A DNA stretch of 62,243 bases, counting the filler, from a bacterium (GTDB lineage: Bacteria; JBDRGX01): the NCBI GenBank assembly GCA_043817485.1. It is 4 parts of 4 records of this genome, joined end to end, with 100 filler letters (N's around TTAATTAATTAA, not from the genome) between each part and the next. Parts side by side here need not be neighbours in the genome. Positions count along the whole stretch, not along the records: positions 28,807 to 52,216 come from JBDRGX010000025.1; positions 52,317 to 59,565 come from JBDRGX010000029.1; 2 more parts are not named here. The stretch is one strand, 5' to 3'. Positions 45,654 through 55,219 of this stretch are shown here, in pieces. Position numbers and translations under genes: made by a program. The notes under the pieces are model-generated. The model was not told where the DNA came from and did not search any database. It saw only the letters and a list, made by a program, of their open reading frames with translations. Position 1 is the stretch's first letter. Every line of letters begins with the position of its first letter.

Positions 45654-46409
45654 TTAATTAAATTCATTAACAATTATAGTATTTTCAGGATAATTTATTT
45701 TAAATAAATCTTTTTTAATTACATCATTTATTTTTATTTTTGTATAGTTAATTTCAAGAGTTATTTCTTTTTCTGGAAAATAAACTTTAATAAAATGTGG
45801 ATAAGAAATATTATTTATATTTTTAAAATTAGAATAAAAAACATTAATGTTATTTTTTTCATATTTTTTAATCGCAGGAAAAAAATCATCAAACCAAAAA
45901 TAACATTTTTTTTCTCCATTTTTTTTAATACAAATTTTTGTATCATCTTTTTCTATTTCTACTTTTTCTTTGCAATTATTCAAAAAAGGGGAACCTAAAA
46001 AACAACCAATAATTTCTTTAAAATTTACTTCACCAAATATATCAGCAAGTTTTTTTTTAAACAAAACATTATTCGATGGCACATAAACAGATAATTTTTC
46101 TTGTTCCATTACAACAAAAACAAATATTTGTCCTAATGGACCAATAACCTCTAATCGTATTTTATAAAAATGTGGAAGAATAAAAAGTTTTGCTTTAAAA
46201 CTTATACTTTTTTCTGGAGTTATAATTTTACCCGTTAAATTTGCTTTAACATTGTTTATTTTTTTTAATTTTTTTTGAATTAATTCAAGAGTTTCTAATG
46301 GAAATATTTCTTTTTTTAATAAAGGTTTTTGAGGTAAGGATTTACAACTAAAAAGTAAAAAAATTAAAAAGAAAAATAGTATCTTATTTGATTTTATTTT
46401 CAATTTCAC
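45654..46409 (-). CDS. Lipoprotein, LolA/LolB-like (DUF4292-like)
   Basis: Lipobox LFSC; RLEVIGPLG; YPHFI near C-terminus. Confidence 0.6.
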   Translation of the reverse strand: MKLKIKSNKILFFFLIFLLFSCKSLPQKPLLKKEIFPLETLELIQKKLKKINNVKANLTGKIITPEKSISFKAKLFILPHFYKIRLEVIGPLGQIFVFVVMEQEKLSVYVPSNNVLFKKKLADIFGEVNFKEIIGCFLGSPFLNNCKEKVEIEKDDTKICIKKNGEKKCYFWFDDFFPAIKKYEKNNINVFYSNFKNINNISYPHFIKVYFPEKEITLEINYTKIKINDVIKKDLFKINYPENTIIVNEFN

Positions 46410-47385
46410 TAATCCTTTTAATCAAATTTGGCAATTTATTCAAATATGCTTTTTCTTTTAATACTTTTCTATGTTCTCGTGCTGGAAAACCAGAAACAAC
46501 AGTATTTGCTGGAATATTTTTAATAATACCACTTCGAGATCCAGCTATCACATTATCTCCAATTTCAACATGATCGCTTATCCCTGCCTGACCTCCTAAA
46601 ATAACATTATTTCCAATTTTAACACTTCCAGCAATCCCAACCATTCCAGCAATAATACAATTTTCTCCAATTTTCACATTATGTCCTATTTGAACAAGAT
46701 TATCTATTTTAGTACCTTTTCCAATAATAGTACTATCTAAAGTTGCTCTATCAATGCTTACATTAGAACCAATTTCAACATTATCTTCTATAATTATTTT
46801 TCCTATTTGAGGAATTTTAAAATAACTTTTATTAATATTAGTATAACCAAAACCATCTGATCCTATACAAGTCCCATTATGAATAATAACATTTTTTCCA
46901 ATAATACATTTTTCTCTAATAGAAACATTTGAATGAATTATTGTTTTTTCACCTATTTTAGATTTACTACCTATATAAGTATGAGGAAAAATTACAACAT
47001 TATCTTCTAAAATAACTTCATCTGCAATAAAAACAAAAGGAGCAATAGAAATATTTTTTCCAAATTTACAATTTTTTCCATATATTACAGAAGAATGAAT
47101 TTCTTGAAATGGTTTATCAAAAGGATAAAATATATCTGCTAATTTTTTAAAAGCAATATATGGATATTCTACTTGAATAAAAGCACATCTTGGATTTTGG
47201 GGAATTTTAGATACTATAACACAAGAAGCATTCGTAATTTCAAGTAAAGGGAAAAATTTTTCCTCTGCTATAAAAGAAATATCTCCTTGTTTTGCTTTTT
47301 CTATTGATACAATGTTTTCAATAACAATTTCTTCATTTCCAAAAAGTTTGCCATTAATTATTTGATTAATTTCCTTGAGTTTCAT
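46384..47385 (-). CDS. lpxD: UDP-3-O-acylglucosamine N-acyltransferase
   Basis: Hexapeptide repeats, IGSDGFG, KIDNLVQIGHN; start taken at MKLKEI. Confidence 0.95.
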   Translation of the reverse strand: MKLKEINQIINGKLFGNEEIVIENIVSIEKAKQGDISFIAEEKFFPLLEITNASCVIVSKIPQNPRCAFIQVEYPYIAFKKLADIFYPFDKPFQEIHSSVIYGKNCKFGKNISIAPFVFIADEVILEDNVVIFPHTYIGSKSKIGEKTIIHSNVSIREKCIIGKNVIIHNGTCIGSDGFGYTNINKSYFKIPQIGKIIIEDNVEIGSNVSIDRATLDSTIIGKGTKIDNLVQIGHNVKIGENCIIAGMVGIAGSVKIGNNVILGGQAGISDHVEIGDNVIAGSRSGIIKNIPANTVVSGFPAREHRKVLKEKAYLNKLPNLIKRISEIENKIK

Positions 47386-47944
47386 TATTTTTCTCTTCAT
47401 TAGAATTTTCTTGTAATTCATTATTTTCTTTTTGTTCTTCTTGTTGATTAAGTATTTGAATTATTTTATCTGTTAAATCAATTTTTGGACCTGCATAAAG
47501 AATTTTTGTTTCATCTTTATTAAAAATTAAACCATATTCTTCTTGTTCACCAATTTTTTTGATAACTAATGCAATTTCTTCTTTTATTTGTTTAACAAAT
47601 TTTTCTTCTTTTTGAGAAATTTCTGCATAATAACCTTGAGCAATTTTTTCATAATTTTTAGTTTTTTGTTCTATTTCATTTTTAAAAGATTGTTCTGCTT
47701 TTTCATCTAAAAATATTTTTTTTGTTGCAAAATCTTCTTTTTGTTTTTCTATTTCTTTTTTTAATTTTTCTAAATCTTTTTCTTTTTCTTCTAATTCTGA
47801 TTGAAGAATTAATTTTGCTTGTTTAGCAGAAGAATATTCTTCAAAAATTCTACTCATATCTACATAACCAAATTTTATATAATCAGAATAAGATGGAGAA
47901 AAATAAAATAAAAATATACAAATAACTATTAAAAATTTTTTCAT
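47366..47944 (-). CDS. skp: Periplasmic chaperone Skp/OmpH
   Basis: Signal peptide, KFGYVD, coiled coil, DLTDKII; adjacent to lpxD. Confidence 0.88.
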   Translation of the reverse strand: MKKFLIVICIFLFYFSPSYSDYIKFGYVDMSRIFEEYSSAKQAKLILQSELEEKEKDLEKLKKEIEKQKEDFATKKIFLDEKAEQSFKNEIEQKTKNYEKIAQGYYAEISQKEEKFVKQIKEEIALVIKKIGEQEEYGLIFNKDETKILYAGPKIDLTDKIIQILNQQEEQKENNELQENSNEEKNNETQGN

Positions 47945-49157
47945 AATTACATTTCCTTTCATTTTTTTTATTTTCAATTATTTTATGATAAATTTTATCT
48001 AAATTTTCACTTATTAATTTATAATCATATTTTTTTTCTATTGTTTCTCTTCCTTTTTTACCTAATTCTATTCTCATATTTTCATTTTCAAATAACATTA
48101 TTATTTTATCAACAAACTCTAAAGAAGTATCTGCGATAATAATATTTTCATTAGAAATATAATTTAAGCCCATTGCTCCAAACAAAGTAGAAATAATTGG
48201 TTTTTCCATTGACCAAGCTTCTAATATTTTTGTTTTAGTTCCACCACCAGTTCTTACAGGAACAATATAAATACAACTTTGAGCAATATATTCTCTTATA
48301 TCTTCTACAAATCCAGTAACAATAATATTTTCATCTTTTCCAAAATTTATTATTTTTTGAGGTGGCTTTTGTCCAACAATATATAATTTTACTAATGGAA
48401 TTTTTTCTTTTAACAAAGGAAAAATATTTTGACAAAAATATTCCATTGCATCTATATTTGGTTCATAATACATTGTTCCAGTAAAAACTAAACTAAAAGG
48501 TTCTATTTTGGTTTCCATAGGTTTAAAATAATCACTATCTACTCCATTTAATAACAAATCAGTTTTTACTTTTGAACAGTTTTTTTTTAAAATTTCTTTT
48601 TCTTCTAAAGAAACCATTAAACAACAATTAAATTTTTTGCAAATATTAAATTCATATTTTTTATATTTGTAATATTCAAAAAAAAGTCGTATTTTTTTTA
48701 ATTTACTAATTTTTCTTTTTTTTATTACACTTAAATAATTTAAAGATTCGATGTTATTTTGGTGTAAAACAGTAGGAATATTTTTAGCATATTTAATATA
48801 ATTACTTACATAAATAGCATCAAAATGAATTAGGTCAATTTTATAATTATTTAATATGTTTAAAAAAGTTTCTTTTGCTTCTTTTGACATATATTTTCTA
48901 ATTACTTCTGGAGAAAAAGAAATAAATCTAATAATTCGGTATATTAAATTTATTTTTATTAAAGGAATTAATATTATTTTTACATCTATGCACCATTTTT
49001 TTAAATAAACAATAACATCTTTTTCTTTTTCTGAAGCAAAAGAAAGAAGTATTATTTTATGTTTAGAAGATAAATTTTTAATTAAATTAAAAGTTTTTAT
49101 TTTACTTCCAGTAATTAAAGGATATGGAAGTTCTGAAGTAAAAAATAAAATAGTCAT
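47883..49157 (-). CDS. GT4 glycosyltransferase
   Basis: NGVD, FTGTM.YEPN.DA, GGTKTKILEA. Confidence 0.88.
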   Translation of the reverse strand: MTILFFTSELPYPLITGSKIKTFNLIKNLSSKHKIILLSFASEKEKDVIVYLKKWCIDVKIILIPLIKINLIYRIIRFISFSPEVIRKYMSKEAKETFLNILNNYKIDLIHFDAIYVSNYIKYAKNIPTVLHQNNIESLNYLSVIKKRKISKLKKIRLFFEYYKYKKYEFNICKKFNCCLMVSLEEKEILKKNCSKVKTDLLLNGVDSDYFKPMETKIEPFSLVFTGTMYYEPNIDAMEYFCQNIFPLLKEKIPLVKLYIVGQKPPQKIINFGKDENIIVTGFVEDIREYIAQSCIYIVPVRTGGGTKTKILEAWSMEKPIISTLFGAMGLNYISNENIIIADTSLEFVDKIIMLFENENMRIELGKKGRETIEKKYDYKLISENLDKIYHKIIENKKNERKCNYEKIFNSYLYIFILFFSILF

Positions 49158-49166
49158 TTTTAAATG

Positions 49167-50576
49167 TTATCTTTCAATTTCATTTTTTTGTTCATTTTCT
49201 TGACACCAATCTTCACTTCTCATACTAATTGCCATTAATATCCAAAATAAAATACTAATTCTAGGAGAAGTAAAAGCACGAGAAGAAAAAGCAAAAATTG
49301 AAATTATTATCAAAATAGTTAAAATATTTTGATTTATTTTTTTGAAAAATATATCTTTAGTTTTATTTATATTTTCTTTTATTTTTTTTCCAAAAATAAT
49401 CAAAATTCTTACAAAAAAACATAAAACAAAAAATCCATAATGTACTAAAATACTAAAAAAATTATTATCTATAGGCATTTCAACATAGCCCAATCCACAA
49501 AAAAAGAAAGTCATTATAGATGATGGAAGATCTAATAAATATTTTAATCTTAATACTGTAGATCCTTCGGGAATAAATTCTTTTCCAAATATATTTATAA
49601 TCATAGCATTTTCTTTATAACCAATATCTTTGCTTAATTCTAATGTAGATTTCATTCGTAACATAACATCTGGAGGAAGATGAAAATATGTCCAAATTAA
49701 AAAAGGAATTCCCAATATAATAATTTTTTTTTTAGTAACAAAAAAAATTATGATAAACAAAGCAATAAAACAAAAAAAAGCAGATCTTGAAGCAGTTTCT
49801 ATTAAAAGAGAAATAAAAGGAATGGAAAGTATTGCAAAAAATACTTTTTTAAATATATTTGTTGTATACATAAAGTAAAATAAACATAAACTAATCATTA
49901 TTACACAAAATAAACCAAATACATTAGGACTATAATAAGCATCAGAAATATCACTTAAACCACCACCCATTCTTCCTTCCATTATTCCTTGTTTAGAAAA
50001 TTTTAAAATAAAAACTGAAATAAAAGCACCTATTAAAAGTGAAGCCATAACTATTTTAATTTGCTTTTTTGTTTTTATTAAATTAAAACATATTAAATAA
50101 AGAATAATATATTCTACCCATTCTTTCATAAAAATTCTAATAGCATTTATTATTTCCTGAAAAGAATAAGAAAAAACAATAATAGAAATAAAAATATTCA
50201 ATAATGCAAAAAAAATAAAAACAAAAATAGATGTTTGTAAAGGAGGAATTTCGTAAAATTCTTTTTTTAAAGCAATTTTAAATAACCACAAAAATAAAAT
50301 CATTACTATTAAAATATCTTCTATCCAAAATCTAAATGGTCCTATATAAAAACTTGGCGTAAAATAAAGCAAAGGACTTAAAAAAACTAAAAAATAAATA
50401 CCTATTTCTAATTTTAATAAAAAAATAAAGAAAAATATTACTAAAATACTTACAAAAATAAATTTAATAGAAGGTGGATTAACAATTAACCATCCAATAT
50501 AAATACAACTAAAAATTAAAGCAAATATTAAAAAAATACTTACTATATTTTTTTTGCCAATATCAAAATTTAACAA
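49167..50576 (-). CDS. O-antigen ligase/polymerase-like membrane protein
   Basis: Many TM segments, PNVFG, TASRSA, DNNF; start approximate. Confidence 0.7.
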   Translation of the reverse strand: MLNFDIGKKNIVSIFLIFALIFSCIYIGWLIVNPPSIKFIFVSILVIFFFIFLLKLEIGIYFLVFLSPLLYFTPSFYIGPFRFWIEDILIVMILFLWLFKIALKKEFYEIPPLQTSIFVFIFFALLNIFISIIVFSYSFQEIINAIRIFMKEWVEYIILYLICFNLIKTKKQIKIVMASLLIGAFISVFILKFSKQGIMEGRMGGGLSDISDAYYSPNVFGLFCVIMISLCLFYFMYTTNIFKKVFFAILSIPFISLLIETASRSAFFCFIALFIIIFFVTKKKIIILGIPFLIWTYFHLPPDVMLRMKSTLELSKDIGYKENAMIINIFGKEFIPEGSTVLRLKYLLDLPSSIMTFFFCGLGYVEMPIDNNFFSILVHYGFFVLCFFVRILIIFGKKIKENINKTKDIFFKKINQNILTILIIISIFAFSSRAFTSPRISILFWILMAISMRSEDWCQENEQKNEIER

Positions 50577-50587
50577 AATACAACCTC

Positions 50588-50710
50588 TATTAAATTGCAA
50601 TTAAAAGGAGAATATAAAGAAAATTCGAATATCGAAATATTAAAAAAAATTTCAATTTAAAATAAATATAAATATTTCTACCGAATTTTATTTCTAATTG
50701 CAACTTGGAA
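50588..50710. repeat. Degenerate ~123-bp TIR-bounded element of the same terminal family
   Basis: TATTAAATTGCAATTA ... TAATTGCAACTTGGAA; right end resembles 9501-9526. Confidence 0.5.
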
Positions 50711-50746
50711 TAAATTATATCAAAAAAAACAACATGAAAATTACTA

Positions 50747-51931
50747 TTATTTCTCTAAAAAATATTTTATTAATTTATATCCTTGCTTAAAATAAATACC
50801 ACTTTTTTTTGCTAATTTTTCATTAAAAACTAATTTTGTATTTTTTTCTTTTTTTGAAGAATAAATCACCCATGGAACTGGATCATCTGAATGAGTTCTT
50901 AAACAAAGTGGTGTATAATGATCTGGTAAAACCATAATTTTATATTCTTGAAATTTTTTTAATCCTTCTAACATTGGTAAAATTACTTTTTTATCAAAAT
51001 CTTCAATTGCTTTTAATTTTAATTCTAATTCTCCAGAATGGCTTGCTTCATCAGGAGCTTCAATATGAATAAAAACAAAATCTTTTTTTTCTAAAGATTT
51101 TAAAGCAGATTTAACTTTCCCAGCATAATTAGTATCTAAATAACCAGTAGCGCCTGAAACTGTAATTACATCTAATCCTATCCATTTTCCAATACCTTTA
51201 ATTAAATCTACAGCCGAAACAACAGATCCATTTAATCCATATTTTTCTTTAAAAGTAGGAGCATTTTTATTTTTTCCTTGTCCCCATGGCCAAATCATAT
51301 TTGCTAAATTAAGATTTTCCTTTTTTCTTAAAATATTTACTGGATGATTTTCTAAAATTTTTTTTGATTCATTAATAAGATTTATAATAAAATCAGAATT
51401 TTTGCCTTTTGGTAAAAATTTTTTAAAAGGCTGATTAATAATATCATGAGGTGGTCTACATATTAAATTAGAATAATCTTCAAATAAAGTTAAAATATGA
51501 CGGTAACTTACTCCAGAAAAAAACTTTACTTTATTTGTAGATAAATATTCATTTAAAGTTTTTATAAGTTTATGACTTTCTTTATTAGAAATATGACCAG
51601 CAGAATAATCAAACAAAATATCATTTTTTACTGTTATTAAATTACATCTAAAAACTGATTGTTTATCATCAATTTTAATTCCCATATTTGTTGCTTCTAA
51701 AAATCCTCTGCCAATATAATATTTTTTAGGATTATATCCTAAAATACTAAGATTAGCTACATCACTTCCTTTGGGCATACGAGATGGAATGGTTTTAACT
51801 AATCCCATTTCTCCATGAGATGCTAAAAAATCTAAATAAGGAATTTTTGCTATTTCTAATGGAGTTTTATTTTCATACTCAGGAATGGGATAATCTCCCA
51901 TCCCATCACCTACAATAAGAATATATTTCAT
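50747..51931 (-). CDS. apgM: Cofactor-independent phosphoglycerate mutase, archaeal ApgM type
   Basis: GDGMGD, GSDVAN, HIEAPDEASH, DHYTP, THS. Confidence 0.88.
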   Translation of the reverse strand: MKYILIVGDGMGDYPIPEYENKTPLEIAKIPYLDFLASHGEMGLVKTIPSRMPKGSDVANLSILGYNPKKYYIGRGFLEATNMGIKIDDKQSVFRCNLITVKNDILFDYSAGHISNKESHKLIKTLNEYLSTNKVKFFSGVSYRHILTLFEDYSNLICRPPHDIINQPFKKFLPKGKNSDFIINLINESKKILENHPVNILRKKENLNLANMIWPWGQGKNKNAPTFKEKYGLNGSVVSAVDLIKGIGKWIGLDVITVSGATGYLDTNYAGKVKSALKSLEKKDFVFIHIEAPDEASHSGELELKLKAIEDFDKKVILPMLEGLKKFQEYKIMVLPDHYTPLCLRTHSDDPVPWVIYSSKKEKNTKLVFNEKLAKKSGIYFKQGYKLIKYFLEK

Positions 51932-52216
51932 TTTTATTCCAAATTAAAAAAAGGAAATTATAAAAATTTATTTACTTTAATTATTATAAAAAATAAAAGT
52001 CAAGTTTTAATTTAAAATGGTTTGGTTGAATAATATAATTTAATTATGAATTGTAAAAAAAGTAAATATTATATTAACTGTTGTTACTTTGTCAATATGT
52101 TAATTTTTTACTACGTGAAAATGTTAATTTTTTAGATTGAAAAATTAACATATTTTCACATATTCTCGTTGGTTTAAAAAACTTTCTATTTTTTTATTGA
52201 GTTTATAGGATTTACT

Positions 52217-52316
52217 NNNNNNNNNNNNNNNNNNNNNNNNNNNNNNNNNNNNNNNNNNNNTTAATTAATTAANNNNNNNNNNNNNNNNNNNNNNNNNNNN
52301 NNNNNNNNNNNNNNNN
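52217..52316. other. Artificial contig linker
   Basis: N run with TTAATTAATTAA. Confidence 0.97.
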
Positions 52317-52381
52317 CCCCCGCCAGCGGGGGACATAAGAAGCCGTAGTCAACACAATTAGCGTTTGAATGCAACTTGGTA
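52317..52381 (+). mobile_element. Right part of an ERIC-like MITE preceded by a REP palindrome, at a contig start
   Basis: CAACACAATTAGCGTTTGAATGCAACTTGGTA matches the other copies. Confidence 0.8.
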
Positions 52382-52402
52382 TTTTGCATAAGGAGAAATG
52401 AA

Positions 52403-53326
52403 ATAGAAAAATATTCAATTGTAATTCCAGTTTTTAATAGTAACAAAACCCTTGAAACACTTTATAATTGCCTTATTTCTGTGTTTGAATCCATTACTGA
52501 AGATTTTGAAATTATTTTTGTAGATGATGGAAGTATTGATAATAGTTGGGAAATTTTAGAAAAACTATATGAAAAAGATAAAAAAGTCAAAATTATTCAA
52601 TTAATGCGTAATTTTGGACAACATAATGCTCTTATGTGTGGGTTCTCTTTAGCAAATGGAGAATATATTATTACATTAGATGACGATCTTCAAAATCCAC
52701 CAGAAGAAATTCCAAAACTAATAGATAAAATTAAACAAGGATATGATATTGTTTATGGAGAATATATTTCAAAAAAACATAAATGGTTTAGAAATATTGG
52801 CTCTTCTTTTATTCAAATGGTCTACAAAAAAATTTTTAATGTTTCTCATAATTTAACTTCTTTTAGAATTATAAAAAAAGAATTAATTAAACAAATTCTT
52901 AATTATAATAAAAATTATACTTTTGTAGATGGATTAATAGCATGGAATACAAAAAATATAGGTGTTTGTAATGTATCTCATAATAAAAGATTGGATGGCA
53001 AATCTGGATATAATATTAAAAAATTGCTTACACTTGCATTTAATTTGATTACAAATTTTTCTATATTTCCTTTACAAATAGTTTCTATTTTGGGTTTTTC
53101 ATTTGCTATTTTAGGTTTTATTATGGGTATAATATTTTTTTTAAAAAAAATTATTTTCGATATTCCAATAACTGGTTATACTTCACTTATTATTAGTATT
53201 ACCTTATTTTCTGGAATACAACTTATAACATTGGGCTTTATTGGTGAATATATTGGGAGAATTCATCTTAATATTAATCAAAAACCACAATACAACATAA
53301 GGCAAATAAAAATAAATGAAAAATAA
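52403..53326 (+). CDS. GT2 polyprenol-phosphate glycosyltransferase (ArnC/GtrB-like)
   Basis: SIVIPVFN, VDDGS, RNFGQH, DDDLQNPPE, two C-terminal TMs, GEYIGRI; start codon uncertain. Confidence 0.88.
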   Translation: MEKYSIVIPVFNSNKTLETLYNCLISVFESITEDFEIIFVDDGSIDNSWEILEKLYEKDKKVKIIQLMRNFGQHNALMCGFSLANGEYIITLDDDLQNPPEEIPKLIDKIKQGYDIVYGEYISKKHKWFRNIGSSFIQMVYKKIFNVSHNLTSFRIIKKELIKQILNYNKNYTFVDGLIAWNTKNIGVCNVSHNKRLDGKSGYNIKKLLTLAFNLITNFSIFPLQIVSILGFSFAILGFIMGIIFFLKKIIFDIPITGYTSLIISITLFSGIQLITLGFIGEYIGRIHLNINQKPQYNIRQIKINEK

Positions 53327-54059
53327 TGAATTGATTGAATTTTTAGAATGGGATTCTAATTTTTTTAATATGAAAATAGGAAAAATAACCAAAACTGATT
53401 TTAATTCAAGTGAGTTTAAAGAAGAACAAAAAGAAAAACAATTTGATTTAATTTATGCTTTTTGTGATATTAACACTCCAATTTTAGGATTTTGGGAAAC
53501 AATGAATTTTTATTTAGTTGATACTGCAATCACATTATCAATGAATTTTGATAAAGATAAATATAAAATGTTTGATTATGAACTTAAAAATAAATTATCC
53601 AAAAAAGATATTGAATCTTGTTATGAAATAGCAGAAAGTACTGCTACAGTATCTCGATTTTATAAAGAACCAATTATTGGACAAGAAATGACAAAAAAAT
53701 TATATAGAGAATGGATTGATAAAGCATTAGATAAAAGTTTTGCTGATGGTATCTTTGTAGAAAAAATAGAAAATAAAATAGTTGGTATTCATATAATTAA
53801 AAGAAAAAATAATACAGGTTTTTTTTCTTTAACAGGAGTTAAAAGTAATTTAAAAGGTAAGCATATTGGAACTAAATTATGGAATCAATCATTTGGTTAT
53901 TGGGCTAATTTTTCAGAAAAAATAAACTTAATTAAATCACCATTTTCTCTTCGTAATATTCCATCATTTTATTTTCATCAAGCAATGGGATTTAAAAAAA
54001 TAGAATCTATTCAATATGTTTATCATTATTCAAAAATAAAAAATAAAAATGAAATATAA
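53316..54059 (+). CDS. GNAT acetyltransferase, WecD-like
   Basis: LEWDSNFF, SRFYK, LYREWI, KGKHIG; next to a WecE-like gene. Confidence 0.75.
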   Translation: MKNNELIEFLEWDSNFFNMKIGKITKTDFNSSEFKEEQKEKQFDLIYAFCDINTPILGFWETMNFYLVDTAITLSMNFDKDKYKMFDYELKNKLSKKDIESCYEIAESTATVSRFYKEPIIGQEMTKKLYREWIDKALDKSFADGIFVEKIENKIVGIHIIKRKNNTGFFSLTGVKSNLKGKHIGTKLWNQSFGYWANFSEKINLIKSPFSLRNIPSFYFHQAMGFKKIESIQYVYHYSKIKNKNEI

Positions 54060-55197
54060 AATTCCTTTTAATAAACCATTTATAATCGGTAAAGAAATTG
54101 ATTATATTAATCAATCTGTTCTTAATGGACATATTTCTGGAGATGGTTTTTTTACTAAAAAATGCCATGCGTTATTAGAAAAAAAATTAAAAGCTTCTAA
54201 AATATTATTAACAACTTCTTGTACTGCAGCATTAGAAATGGCTGCTATTCTTTGCGAAATTTGTCCAGGAGATGAAGTAATTCTTCCGTCCTTTACTTTT
54301 GTTTCAACAGTAAATGCTTTTTATACAAGAGGAGCAAAACCAGTTTTTGTAGATATTCATCCAAATACTCTTAATATTGATGAAACAAAAATTGAAAAGG
54401 CAATAACTGAAAAAACTAAAATAATTGTTCCTGTTCATTATGCTGGAATTGGTTGCAATATGGATGCTATTACAAAAATAGCTAATCAATATAATTTATT
54501 TGTAGTTGAAGATGCAGCTCAAGGAGTAAATGCAAAGTATAAAGATAAATATTTAGGAACTATTGGTGATTTAGGAGCATATAGCTTTCATGAAACTAAA
54601 AATTTTATATGTGGAGAAGCAGGAGCTATTGTCATAAATAATGAAAAATTTATCGAAAGAGCTGAAATTATTAGAGAAAAAGGCACTAATCGAAGTAAAT
54701 TTTTTAGAGGTGAAATAGATAAATATACTTGGGTAGATATTGGATCATCTTATTTACCTTCTGATATTCTTGCAGCATTTTTATATGCACAACTTGAAAA
54801 AATGGATAAAATTACTAATGCTCGTCAAAAAATATTTGAATATTATTATCAATCTTTAACTACTTTAGTAGAAAAAGGATATTTAACGGTTCCAACAATT
54901 CCTCAAGAATGTAAAAATAATTATCATCTTTTTTATATAATTTTAGAAAATGAAAAAAAAAGAGATGCTCTTATGAGTTATTTGAAAAATAATGGGATTT
55001 TATCTGTTTTTCATTACATCCCTTTACATTTATCTCCAGTTGGAGAAAAAATAGGATATAAAAAAGGACAACTACCAATAACAGAATCTATAAGTAAAAG
55101 ATTATTACGACTTCCTTTTTATTATGATTTAAAAAAAGAAGAACAAAAAGAAGTTGTAGAAAAAATATATAATTTCTTTGGACTTTCTTCAAAATAA
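54049..55197 (+). CDS. rffA: dTDP-4-amino-4,6-dideoxygalactose transaminase
   Basis: IPFNKP, SCTAALEMAA, SFHETKN, REKGTNR, VDKYTW-like, VFHYIPLH. Confidence 0.92.
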   Translation: MKYKIPFNKPFIIGKEIDYINQSVLNGHISGDGFFTKKCHALLEKKLKASKILLTTSCTAALEMAAILCEICPGDEVILPSFTFVSTVNAFYTRGAKPVFVDIHPNTLNIDETKIEKAITEKTKIIVPVHYAGIGCNMDAITKIANQYNLFVVEDAAQGVNAKYKDKYLGTIGDLGAYSFHETKNFICGEAGAIVINNEKFIERAEIIREKGTNRSKFFRGEIDKYTWVDIGSSYLPSDILAAFLYAQLEKMDKITNARQKIFEYYYQSLTTLVEKGYLTVPTIPQECKNNYHLFYIILENEKKRDALMSYLKNNGILSVFHYIPLHLSPVGEKIGYKKGQLPITESISKRLLRLPFYYDLKKEEQKEVVEKIYNFFGLSSK

Positions 55198-55219
55198 TTT
55201 TTTAGGATAATATAAAGTT

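Noticed and set aside
47883-47977. GT4 C-terminal tail overlapping skp as another slippage switch
   Set aside because: An A8-to-A9 change would give an earlier stop, but the enzyme domain is complete either way.
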